Assembly (NCBI GenBank): GCA_024704765.1
Contig: JAKMXF010000322.1
Span: forward strand, 294,452 to 358,451
Direction of reading: 5' to 3'
DNA from: Oopsacas minuta
Taxonomy: Eukaryota > Animalia > Porifera
Length of the DNA stretch: 64,000 nucleotides
Shown: positions 38,952 through 50,937 of the stretch, piece after piece
How the letters are laid out: every line of letters begins with the position of its first letter
Position numbering within the stretch: the first letter of the stretch is position 1
The notes under the pieces: generated by a model
What the model was told of the DNA's origin: nothing
Databases searched by the model: none
What the model saw: the letters and a program-made list of their open reading frames with translations, nothing else
Position numbers and translations under genes: made by a program

Positions 38952-41145
38952 ATGAGTGAATTATTGAAAAGAACAACACCTAGTCCTACCAATCAGCTTC
39001 CTATTAAGATACAAGTAAATTGTACAGTCATATCCGCTAGGATTAATTCTCAGCTGATAACTGGTAAGAAGGATCATAGTTGGTCTGTTGTATTTGGACC
39101 TAAGAAGTCTCAGTTCCAGACCCAGGTGTCCGCCGAGCCTACTGAGCCCAGATGGCACGATCAGGCCACTCTTAAGTGCCACTATACCGACACTTTTCAG
39201 TTTAAACTTAAAGATAAGAAACAAACAGTAGCCAAACATGAAACTGCTATACCAAATATTCCACGTGTTAAGACTCCTATAACCTATCAGCTGAGTGGTA
39301 AGCAGGGTGTTATAGCAGACCTCATGGTGTCCTGCTGGGTGTCTGGGTACATACCTCCCTCTCAAAGTCAATCTAGTAGTCGCACTTCTGAGGTAAGTTA
39401 TTTATATATTTATCACACCTATTCTTACCAATAGGATTACTTGAGAATTTTCTACGAGAGGGGTCCACAAATTTAGTTCCATATTTAGGTGTTAACTAAA
39501 CTCCATACTCTCCCGCGTAAACACCCCTCTCTGAAGAGACCCTGTCATCTCCCAGCTGACGGATGGGATCCTCCCCCCTCTCCTCTCCTGAGAACATCTG
39601 GCTCTTTAAGTAACGCACACTCAGAATCAAACATTGCATCCAGGAAGAGGTTAGTATATACATATTCTGTGTTTACATTCTTAACGTTACTATGGTTACA
39701 GGTCTGGGTTGATTTGGGACTCTGGAGACAAATTGGACTCCCCGACACCTCAAACACCCCTGGGGTATAGAGGAGATTCCAGCAGCTCCCTTTCCAGCTG
39801 TCCTGACAGATCTTCCATGTCCTCTCTCACTGAGAGTTTGAGATCACAACCAGCTTACACTACGCCCAATAGAATACCAACACCTCATGTAACAGCTGTA
39901 TATCCTAGAGTTTTATCTCTAGACAGGAATACAAGGTAGTATCTTACAGCTGATTGATATACATATTGTATTATTATACATTCCATTCTAGAGTTTACGT
40001 TACTGGGGAACATTTATGTCAGACACAGGATGATATTCTAGAACTTAAGATAGGAGACATCAGCTGTACTGAATACATTGAATCAGTCAGCTGTTCAGAG
40101 ATACAGCTGACTATTCCTGCTTTAATTTATATGCCTGATCACAAAGGACACCTGTTCCTACACACCAGACAGGGGACCTGTGAGGCTAAGAACATTCCTA
40201 TCTCTTTCCAACAAGGTGAAAACATACCGGATATAAGCACCATCCTCTGGATACCGGTTCTCATATATTCCTGTATATTAATATGTGTGTACAGGTGTTA
40301 CAGAGATTCAATACTCCCGTATTAGTGTTAATTCAGACCTCAGAGACTCCCCCGCTAGTTCCACTGATGATTTAAAGGTTAAATCCTTCCCTGAGACAGT
40401 CCCCTCCTCTCATGCTAGATATTCTATGATATCCGATCAGCTGATGCCGCCTGAAGTAACAGGATTAGGTCCTAGACAAGCTACACTAAGAGGTGATTGT
40501 ATACTAGTTTGTTATTTGTTTGTTAACACTTATTATTTGTAAACAATAACAGGTGATGTACAAATAACACTTCGAGGGAATTACTTAGGGATTAGTAGAG
40601 ATGACGTGATCAGGGTAGGAGTAGCTGGTGTGGATTGTACACATTCCTTAGAATACTTCTCTAGTTACAAGATAGTTGTAACCTGTCCAGCTGTTCCATT
40701 CCCATGCTCCGGACCCGTTGTCGTGGAGACGTCTTCTGGTGGAATAGGATTGTCAGGAATGCATTTCTCTTTTGTAGATGAAGATACGTTAGGCACTAAG
40801 GCAAGTGTTAATATATGATTAAGCATATGTATATATTGTGTCGCATGTTGTATAGGAATATTTGGCGGGTAAATCTCCTAATAGGCCTTCGGTTAAGAAG
40901 ATGAGTACTCATAAAGAAGAACAGCTGATTAAACTTAATCAGGAATTACAGAGTAGTAATTCTCAACTTAAAGTAATAAACAAGGAGCACACAGATGAGG
41001 TTGTTATTTGTTTGTTTGTTTGTTTGTTTGTTTGTTTGCTTGTTTATTTATTTGTTTACAGATAAAGAGACTACAGGAGTACATAGACAAGCTAGTAGCT
41101 CGTATAATGATACAGAATCCAGAGCTTCTATTAGCTGACACATAA
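38952..41145 (+). CDS. Rab11-family interacting protein with C2, two IPT/TIG domains and a FIP-RBD
   Basis: N-terminal C2 (FQTQVSAEPTEPRWHDQATL); IPT1 PHVTAVYP...VYVTGEHL; IPT2 PEVTGLGP...ITLRGNYLG...VVVETSSGGIG; C-terminal IKRLQEYIDKLVARIMIQNPELL. Confidence 0.8.
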
Positions 41146-41232
41146 ACACACATTCCTTATATATTCTTCAATTACACTATTCCTTAATTCAATTACCTCA
41201 CTATTTGTTGTTGTTTATTGTTATTATTAGGA

Positions 41233-42193
41233 ATGTTAGCTTTATTTATTGTTCTTCTGATGGTGACAGGATGTCAGACACAAATAACACCAGAAACGTT
41301 TTGTCAATGGAAGTTCCAATGGGGTGAAACTGATACTCCCTACCAATTCCCTCCCAGAAATGTCACCTGTTCCTTTTCCTTCTCAGATACTCTAGAATTC
41401 TTCAATAATGACGCAGTAGATCATATGATATACAGACGTACTTTGGCGGAGTATAACAATTGCAATACCATTAACCCTGACTATACTCACGAAAGTGGTG
41501 ATGTATACGCGCCTCTAAACGTATCAGCTGGTGGATCTAATATGTTCACTATAAATAGTCAGAGTTTTGGACTAACTGTAAGTTATATCAGCTGACTAGG
41601 TGTTAAGATATGGAACTAATTCGACTATTAGTTCTTATTATGTTAGATTGATTCACAAAATGTTATACCTTATTCATCTTCTTAGCAATGTTAATGTGTG
41701 ATTGGTATTCTAGGTTCCAGAGGAGGTATATCTTATCAGTGATGACCTGACACCAGGTTGCTGTCTAAGAATGGCATTTCAAGTAGGTTCTAGTAATGAC
41801 AGAGAGTGTGATATAAACGAACAGGGTGGTATATGTTCCGCTGTGGGCATGTGCAACGACTCGATACCCACATCTACTCCTACAGCTACTCTTGCATCCT
41901 CTGCAACACCCTTTGTCACTAGCCCTCCTTCTGTTATCACTGATTCTCCGGTGTCATCACAGGATCTAAATGGTGGCGAAATAGCACTAATTGTTATTGA
42001 TGTGATTCTTATTGTACTGGCTATATCAGCTGGCATAGTTCTGGTTATTGTTTGTGTGTTTATTTATATAAAGATGAAACAGCGTGATGCAGGAGGCGAG
42101 ACGACACCTCGTCGGACTACACCCCGACCAGGATCTCAGGGAGTCGGTATCGTCGCTCAGAGGAAACAACAGCTGGTTAAATCAACTATCTAG
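41233..42193 (+). CDS. Type I membrane protein with an ephrin/cupredoxin-like ectodomain (paralog 1)
   Basis: Signal peptide; HMIYRRTLAEYNNC...EVYLISD...CCLRMAFQV; Cys-rich segment; S/T stalk; TM IALIVIDVILIVLAISAGIVLVIVCVFIYI. Confidence 0.65.
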
Positions 42194-42410
42194 TAAACAA
42201 CAACAACAATAATTGCTTGATACAAACAAATTATTCTTTTATACGAATTTATTATTATTTACTTATTATTCACTTATTTGCTATGATTACTATTATATGA
42301 TTAATCATATTCACTTCTTTCACACCTTGAATTCCATTATATTATGTGTGTTGCTAGGACATTAAACCAAGGAATGTTGATAACCAAATATATACTTAAC
42401 AATGAATAGC

Positions 42411-43623
42411 ATGTTTATGATTTTCATTCTGCTATCAGCTGTTAGATTAGTAATCAGCTGTTCTTATAAATGGGAGTGGAGCTTCATAAATCCGTCCCCT
42501 GGCATCACACGCCCCCCTCTGTCCCCTGTGTGTTTCATCCACCAATCAGATTCAGTTCTACTTGTCAACTCCGGAAATGAGATTATGCATATTTTCACAG
42601 TTAATCAGACAGCATTTGACATCTGTGAACATAGAGGACTGATTGGTCAGATTATCCCGCCTAATTCTTCATATTCTCTCTCGCTTAGTAACCAGGTTGT
42701 ACAAATGGAATGTGTGTAATTATCCAAGTATTATTATTTCTTATTAGGTGTCAGAAGTTAGATTAATCAGCCAATCAATTCACAACTCCTGTCTGAGATT
42801 ACAATTCTCTTTAACCAATGAGACTCTAGACAGCTGTTTAACATCTGATTGTATACCTATGGGACCATGTTTCAGACACCTACCTCTCCCCTTGTCAATC
42901 AACCAATCAGATCACATGTGTAGTATGGCGCCTGATGACTGGATAGTTTTAGAAAACATAAATAATCAACAAATAACATTTTCTATATTTTCTACAGAAA
43001 TCAGCTGTAATTCTAATTTTAGTATCAAAATTAACTCTTCAAAGATAATAGCCATTCCTCTCCCAAACATTCCTGAGGTTAGTACGGTTACTATGCAATT
43101 ATTACACACCCATACAGTCAAATTCTTTGTTTGTTTATTGGTGTTTTTGTTTACTTTCTAGTCAGATGTTATTCTAATCACTGACTCTACCAATTACAAT
43201 TCTTATAAACAAATACATATTTCCCCGCTCATTTCCTGCTCCAATAATCTCTGTACTGAAATGGTACCTACACTTCTTAACACCTTTTCGAGCCCTCTGG
43301 CTATCTCCCTGATGTCATTGGTCCTCTTCCTGGCAGGGGTCACGTTCCTCCTCGCCCTCTGTCTCAGGAAGAGACAGAAGATCGCTAACGAGGAGTGTCC
43401 TCCTCCTAAAGGGGAAGTGACAGGGCATTTTGAGCTCAAGAACGAGGGGAAGATCTCCAGAGACCCTGAGGTTAAGACCCGTAAGAAAAGTGGACATGTC
43501 TCGCCTACTGCGGCCCAATCTGCACCCTCAGCGCCCCCTGCTACCCAGGAACCAGCGCGGCAATCAATCCTCTTAGAGAAGAGATCCTCTCAGTTTTCTG
43601 AGCTTTTATCGAAGTTCAACTAA
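42411..43623 (+). CDS. Type I membrane protein with an ephrin/cupredoxin-like ectodomain (paralog 2)
   Basis: Signal peptide; HIFTVNQTAFDIC...EVRLISQSIHNSCLRLQFSL; intron at the same position as in paralog 1; TM LAISLMSLVLFLAGVTFLLALCL. Confidence 0.65.
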
Positions 43624-43680
43624 CTTAATTTTTATTTGTCATTATTTATTTATTTGTTTGTTTATATTTACACATAATAA

Positions 43681-44348
43681 TCACTTGTCATTATTTACTT
43701 GTTGTTTCGCTACTTTTATAACATCTTCCCCGATAATTTGCTCTGACACCTCTTCCAGTAGACCCAGGGCTGCGTTCATGTTCTGGGACAGATAGTCCTC
43801 CTCTAGAGGTGTTATCTTGTCTCCCAGCCTCTTGAGGGCAGAGAGGATCTCAGTCTTCTGCTGATGGAATTTGGGAGCTGACACCTTTTGGAATTTCATA
43901 TCTCTCTCCAGATCGGATAATCTCTGTCTCAGCTGTCCTGGTTGTTTCTTAGCAAACATTCTTATGACCTACAAAATGTTATTAATATTTGACACTTTGT
44001 TAAGTGGTCCCCACGTTGGGTACCTGTACGTATCTACCCCGTGACACAATTCTAACACCTTACCTCTGGGGTCTTGAAGGCGTCACTAATGGCAGCTCGT
44101 GTAGCGAGTCTGAGAGAGGACAGCTGATCAACTAATGTCATATCACCCGCCAGCATTTTATCCAGAGAGTTAGAGAAGTGTTTAAGCTCCTCTAAGGTGT
44201 CATTTCTGATCCCCTCCCATTCTGATTGGTCCATATCCCCCTTGATCTCCTCAAGTTCCTCTAATTGTGTCATCAATCGGTCCAATTGGTCTTCTAGGTT
44301 CTGTCTGAGGGCAGCTGTCTCAATTCTACCGCCACTTACTCCTGCCAT
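43681..44348 (-). CDS. LZIC: Leucine zipper and CTNNBIP1 domain-containing protein (2 exons)
   Basis: LRQNLEDQLDRLMTQLEEL...GDMTLVDQLSSLRLATRAAISDAFKTPEV|IRMFAKKQPGQLRQRL. Confidence 0.95.
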
Positions 44349-44867
44349 CTGATTGGATAATCTCTTTTAAAATATTATATAATTTGGTTTCAAAATTAAC
44401 CAATCAGATAATAGCCTATATACTCTGTGTATTATCTTACATTCCTTATTGATGATATCATCACTAGGGACATACAAATGATATTTTTACTGATAATTTT
44501 ATAGTATTTGCATACACAATTTGGTCTCCCTGGGGACAGTAGACAGAGTATTACACCCCTGAGGGCATATTTGTTACAATCCATTGAGTTGATATTATAT
44601 TAAATATATAGTTCCAGTATTGGTTCCAGTATATACATATTAGTATATTGGTCAGGTATTTATATATGTCATACTAACATCATCAGATAGAATTCTATAG
44701 ATTTCCTATTCAAATTTGTATTTGTTTTCTAGGAATTAATCTTGCTATAACAATTATTGTTTGTTTGTTTGTTTGTTTACATTCATATTATCAAACTGTT
44801 TATTAACATAATTCACACAACACACTCGGATACAATCTAACACTCCACACACTAAATAATTCAATTA

Positions 44868-47800
44868 TCAATTTATTAACGCTTTTGACGTCTGCCCCTT
44901 CCTGTCTCTGTTAACCCATCTCAGTCCGCAGAGCTCTGCCTTATCAGCTGGTACTCTTATGCTAGCACTCTCTGTAGCTCTGATAACCTCTACTATAGAT
45001 TCCATTAGATTCTCTGCGTTTATAGTCAGCATTTCGCTTGCCTCTTGGTCCCTTTCAGAGTCTATTTATATAACATTTAGTACTGCCTTAATAAGAACAT
45101 ATATACTTACAAAAAGCAGGTCAATTGGAATTACTCCAGTTAAGACATTTCGACCGTCCGCTGGTGTTCATATTAACGAGCTACCACCGTAAACAAACAA
45201 ACAAACAAACAAACAAACAAACAGTTGGGTACTAACCTCCAGAGCTTATAGAAGCTGCCTTTACTGCTGCCACTATTTTCAGCTGAGTAGCTATTGTGGG
45301 TATTTTAGATAACACATCTTCCAGATTCTTTCTCATACGTTTGTCAGTACAATGCTTTGCTACTTTATCAGCTAGACTTACCACCTGATTAGAGAGCTTA
45401 GCTAGCTGTCTAGAGGTGTTGATTAGTTCCTTCTTTGATTGTAGCTCACTACCTTCTCCTCTACATACATTCCAATTATTAGACTGGTTGCTATGGTTAT
45501 TTAATATAATTAACACACCTTGTATATTTTCCCATAGATTTCATCATACGCGCCATCTCCCTAGCAACGGAAACCAGCTGATTCTCCCTCTCTTCCCATC
45601 TGAATGCTTCTCTAGTCAGCTGATGAGCTGCGTACTAATTGAATTAAGAGATCATAACAATAGTTATTGGCAGATGGAATGTGTTATAATAGAACTTACT
45701 CCAATCGGATTTTCTTCGCGTACGGGTGCTTCACCGATCTCCTCTGGTATCATCTCGGGCATTTGGTCCGCTTTGGGTAGAGGGGGGCGAGGTGGCAGTT
45801 TCACAGGTGTCATAGCATTCCTGACATTACTGCTGGCCTTCCTGACCTGAGAGGATATATAATAGTTAGGAAGTCGACAGGATCTCTCTCTCCTTTGCCT
45901 CTTAAGAGGAGGGGACTCTGTGTAATTTTGAGATTTCCTAACTCGCAGATTGTAAGAATTTCTTTTTTCCATTTTAGGGTTAATCCACATAATTAGTGCT
46001 CTTATACGCTAGCATTTGATTGGTTAATGACTGTACATTCAAACTTAACTGCTATGACTAATTTAATTAAGAAATGGAACTTTCTAGAATTTACAGAATA
46101 TTATTAGTGGCAGAATGGTTTAGGCGCCAAATAGGTGTGAAATTATCAACAAATATGTAACTTACAGCGTCAGCTGCTTTGGAGAATTGATTGAGCGCCA
46201 ATTCGTTCCCAGGTTTCTGAGCACACCCTTTAGCACTTATTACAAGAGGCCCGATTTCTAGGTGTTAAATGTTTACATGCATATATATGTGACACAATTA
46301 TTATGAATATGTAACTAACTTGACTCTAACTCCTGATTGGCTAATTGTAGATTTTGTTTGAAGATTGGATCAGATGAGTTCTCCTCCTCACCTTTAGCCC
46401 TGTTGACCAATCGGATTGCAGTCTTACTGGCTTCTGTAACCCTTGAGGCTCCTAGCTATATATCAATATATTACATTCCTGTATGTATAATCGGTTGCTA
46501 GGTTACTAACCTCTATATTCCCTGATTTGAATGCCTTCTCAGCCTCTGTTAATTTGTCAGCTATTATCTTCTCTAAACGATTAAACAGCTAAACAATAAA
46601 ACAGCTAAACAATAATCCTACTTACCTGATGCTTCAGCAAATGCTATGGAGTCTGTATTAGAATCGATCAGACTAGTCAAATGTGTCGCTTCACTCTGCC
46701 ACTCACTCTTCAACATGTCTAGATGCTCTTTAGCTTGCTATATAATGTAAAATTATAAGTCGTTTCTATAAATAGATTATATTACACACCTTCTTATCGG
46801 GATTCATTAACAGGACTTTAGCAGCATGTACTGTCTGTTGTGTTAGATTAGACAGCTTGTTAGCAGACCTTTGTATCTCCCAAGCTGTCTTTGGGTCTGT
46901 ACAGAGGGAGTATGATACAGCTTCTGCTGTACTACTGATCTTCCCCGCCTGTCTCTCGAATAGCTCCCTAGTTCTCTCCCATCTCTCCTGCCTCTTAGGA
47001 TCTGTACTAGCTGATTCAGAGGCCAGGGTGAGGGCTTTTAGACAGGAGGCAGTGTCCTGGAAGTTCTCCACCACCTGACGAGGCAAATAAGAGATTGAAA
47101 TGTGTCATAAATCGTCGCAATAAGGTGTTACTTACCTCACGCATAACAGTCTCTTGTATTGCTTTCTCCAATTCTGATAATTTCACTGCTATTGCCTCTT
47201 TCAGCTGCTGAGCTTCCTTAGTCTCTCCCTGTATTATCATGGTTACAGAACTGTATCTAAGGTATGTGAATATGGAACTATACCTTGCCATTAGTCTGCA
47301 TTAGTTCCAGTTCCTGTGTGAGCATAGCTATCTCATCTAACTTCTCTAGTAGAGGGGGTCTAACGGAGGATGGGAGTCTCTCAATCAGACTCCTCCCTTC
47401 TGTCAGGGTCTTGTTAAGAGAACTAATAGCCTCCAGAGTCCTTACCCCGCTAACTATAGTAAATATGTAAACAACAAACAAACAAACAAAGGATTATATA
47501 ACTTACCAGAACTAGTAAGAGCATTCATAGAATCTGCTATACAAGAGAATACAGTCTGTACTTGTCTCTTAATCCGAGATAATTCATCTAAATCTACCTG
47601 TGAGTTAGAGGTGAGAAGTATGATCCTCTTAATCTCCTGGATGGACCCTACTAACATCCCCTGGGTACAATTACGTCCCCTCTGAGCGTCCAGGAGTCCC
47701 TCCAGCTTTGGAGAGGATCTGACGGACACATACATCTGCATAGAGCTGATTAGGACGGAATGGTATTTCTCAGTGTTACGAACTATAACACAATCAATAA

Positions 47801-49668
47801 ACAGCTGATTCTAACTAATATAATTCTTACCTTCAGAGTTCAGCATGTCCTCTAGGTTCTTCTCTATGAGATCATCTGCCCTGGCTCTCACATGATTAAC
47901 GAGACTATTCATACCCGGCTGGAGGTTACTGGAGACTGTAGCTACCTCCTCATAGGTCTCTACCTGCTCCACCACACTGAGGTACTCTATTATCCTAGCA
48001 CATATACCTAACACCTTTCTTATCTCTGATTCATCCCAGACAAGTAATAGAGTACTGACTCCAGAGAGAATACCTGTGTGACGTCATGAATATAAGGTTT
48101 AGAATAGAAATTACAGAAATACATTCAGATTATATTCGACTATATTATTAAATTGTAATTCTTTGTTTGTTTGTTTGTTTGTTTGTTTGTTTGTTGTCAA
48201 GGAAATGATTTATGGTATGCCGAATCTATGAGGTAATTTTCCAAGTTTTACATCCATAAATGGTACTTAATTACAGACAAAGTATCCCAGTAATTATGTT
48301 ATTAGAAATCAAATAAATATTTCCAGAATTTGTTGTTATTTACTTTACATATTCATACACATACCTCTTGCTCCATCCAGCATGAGGTGTTTGTCCTCTA
48401 TGTTCCCCTGAGACCCCGGTTCAAAAGCCCTGGCAGCCTGATTGACAAGAGTACAACTCTGCTCTATCTTATCACCAGCTGAAGGAAGCTCTTTCTTTAG
48501 TATTTCATCTTTTGAAGTGGCGCTTAGATTCTGTCCAACCTAGCAACACATAATTAACTCAGAAATGTTATATAAACAAGATTATGAAACATAGCATATC
48601 AGGAAAACGGTTGCTATGTTGTATATTTTGAGGTTATACGGATTTTGCTACTAGTGTGTTACATTTGTAGACCTCTTATAGTTATTATAACACCTATTAT
48701 TGCCCCCTCACTGACACCCTTGTGGCTAAATAATGGGAGGCATATAAAAGTACCCAGCGGAGGTGTTAAAATTAATGGAATATACATTTGTAATTAACTC
48801 AGCCATTTATGGATTATTATATAATTGTTAGTTATCAGTTCTATTAGCATCAGAGAATTTGATATTTGGAATGACGTACTCTCTCTGAGTGCCTTCTACT
48901 CGGTTTAAACTAGATGAGCATTAACAACCTCTTTGAAAAGCTCTACCTATAATGCTTACCAAACCTCTCCAGGTGAAAATGATCCCACTTGCTCATCTGT
49001 GAGTTCAGTGAACTTTCTCACAGCTGGATAGTAAGATATCCAAGAAACGTGTCTAATTAGAATTCAAACCTAAACTAATCCACTAATGTCTCGAATTATA
49101 CCAAACTGCATTGGTATGTTATTTGATGTTTATTAACTATCATACTTAACAAGCTAGATTTGAGTTAGTCATCGAGTTTAAACCGAGTAGAAGGCACTCA
49201 GAGAGAGTACGTCATTCCAAATATCAAATTCTCTGATGCTAATAGAACTGATAACTAATAATTATATAATAATCCATAAATGGCTGAGTTAATTCAGAAT
49301 TAATCACTAATGTGTATTCTATTAATTTTAACACCTCCGCTGAGTACTTTTAAATATTTGTTTATAATGGACACAAAATATGAACAGCTGGTCATAAGAA
49401 TATGAATATATAAATATAACACCTGTAGTAGATTCTCTACAGCTGCTGTAACCTCCTTCAAGTGTAATCCAATGTTTTGTATCTCTAATCCTCTCTGTGC
49501 ATCCTCATATAATATTATTAGTTGTGACACCTTAAAATATATAATTATAATTTGTGTATTATTTATTGTAATAAATTATAACTTCTAAGGTGTTATAATA
49601 TGATAAATTACCTGCTGAGCAACAGGATCAAGAATAGACTCAATAGTTTTGGTATGGAAGACTGGCAT
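44868..49668 (-). CDS. VCL: Vinculin, multi-exon
   Basis: Start MPVFHTKTIESILDPVAQQ|VSQLIIL; helical bundles; proline linker LPPRPPLP; tail IPTIATQLKIVAAVKA...QNLMESIVEVIRATE. Confidence 0.95.
48745..49352. mobile_element. Foldback/MITE-like element in vinculin intron 2
   Basis: Inner arms 48792-48917 and 49169-49294 match at 124/126 by eye. The arms extend, with a 12-bp indel, to 48745 and 49352. Spacer is 251 bp. TA flanks both ends. Confidence 0.75.
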
Positions 49669-49787
49669 GATTGAATATTTTGTAATTTGACTTGGTTTCT
49701 CTATTTATAAGAATTCTCATTTGTGGTATTTCAAAGATTAGTTGTTTATCACTTACCTCATATGTTATTCTATCTTTGTTATCTTGT

Positions 49788-49846
49788 TGTTGTTGTTCAC
49801 GATATATTGTTGTTGTTGTTGTTGTTGTTGCTGTTGTTGTTGTGGT
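49788..49846. repeat. (GTT)n trinucleotide tract in the 252-bp divergent VCL/ATXN7-like intergenic region
   Basis: Directly visible. Confidence 0.85.
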
Positions 49847-49920
49847 GTATATGTATAGTCTAATTATAGTCCTTGGTTCTTATTGGAACTATCCTATTTG
49901 TGTAAATTTTAGATTAATAA

Positions 49921-50850
49921 ATGGCTTCTAAGAATACTGATTTGTGTCAGGCGAATTCTTGGGGACAATTTGAGTCTCTGTTACTCAAACATGTACCTCC
50001 ACAGATCCCCACAGCCTCCCCTGTCTCTCCTGTTCCCCCTGTCCCCTTCTCGTTCCTCTCCCCCCTCAGGTTAGATGACACTATTTCACACCTGCCAGCA
50101 GCTGACTACCATCTCTACGGCACTCATCCTATGTGTCGCTCTAGTGACCTTATCCTCTGTTCGGAGTGTGGACAGCCTGTCCCTCCCTCCTCTCTCTCAC
50201 GACACTTCGATAACTCACACTCTAGCCCCCCTCAATCCCCAGGGATAGAGGTGTTAGAGCTCATGAAGCCTCCTGTCTGTCTCCCACTACAGCCATCTTA
50301 CAAACTTAATTCTAATCCTCCAGAGAGACAAAAAATTAAAAAGAAGAAATCAACTCGTCCCAAAGAGCCCGCACCTCTCTCCCCTCCTGTTCCCCTATCC
50401 TCCCTCAAACAGGAAACTGTCCTCCGTCCCTCTAAGAGGTTCCCCTCATTCCTAGCAGACTCCAGTCAATCTCAAAAGTCCGCTAAATTGGATCTCCAAA
50501 CTAAGAACCAATCGTTTTCCTTCTACAGTCCTTCCCTCCCTCCAGCACTCCCTTTCCGACACCTGCCCCCTCTCCCAGGACCCCTCGTGTTCTCCCCCGC
50601 CTCCTCGGGACCCAGACTGAGCCCCTCTGGTCTCCTATTGACCAATCGGTCAGCTGACAGAATGCACTTTGCGTTGTCACAAGTATTCACAGATTCTGTA
50701 GTTTAGAATTGTACCATTTTTGTATTTACTTAATTATATATATTAACCAATCAAATGTCTTGCTCATTGCCCTCTGATTGGTCAATTAGCTGCTCTGAAT
50801 GCAAAAGAAGAGGCGCCATATGGCGGGAGAGAGAGCACCAGTCATTCCGA
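49921..50850 (+). CDS. Compact ataxin-7/Sgf73-like SAGA DUB-module subunit
   Basis: N-terminal ZnF YGTHPMCRSSDLILCSECGQPVPPSSLSRHFDNSH; C-terminal block PGPLVF...GPRLSPSGLLLTNRSADRMHFAL resembling the ATXN7 conserved region; short probable last exon at about 50790-50850. Confidence 0.65.
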
Positions 50851-50937
50851 CACCTATAAGGAATCCTATTGGTCGATACAGGTCATACTCAATGGCACTA
50901 GTTTGTATTTAAACTGAGAATTTGGAATTATTTCAAA

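Noticed and set aside
49788-49846. (GTT)n/(CAA)n tract just upstream of the ATXN7-like gene suggesting a polyQ link
   Set aside because: It is outside the ORF and in the wrong orientation to encode Gln in that gene.
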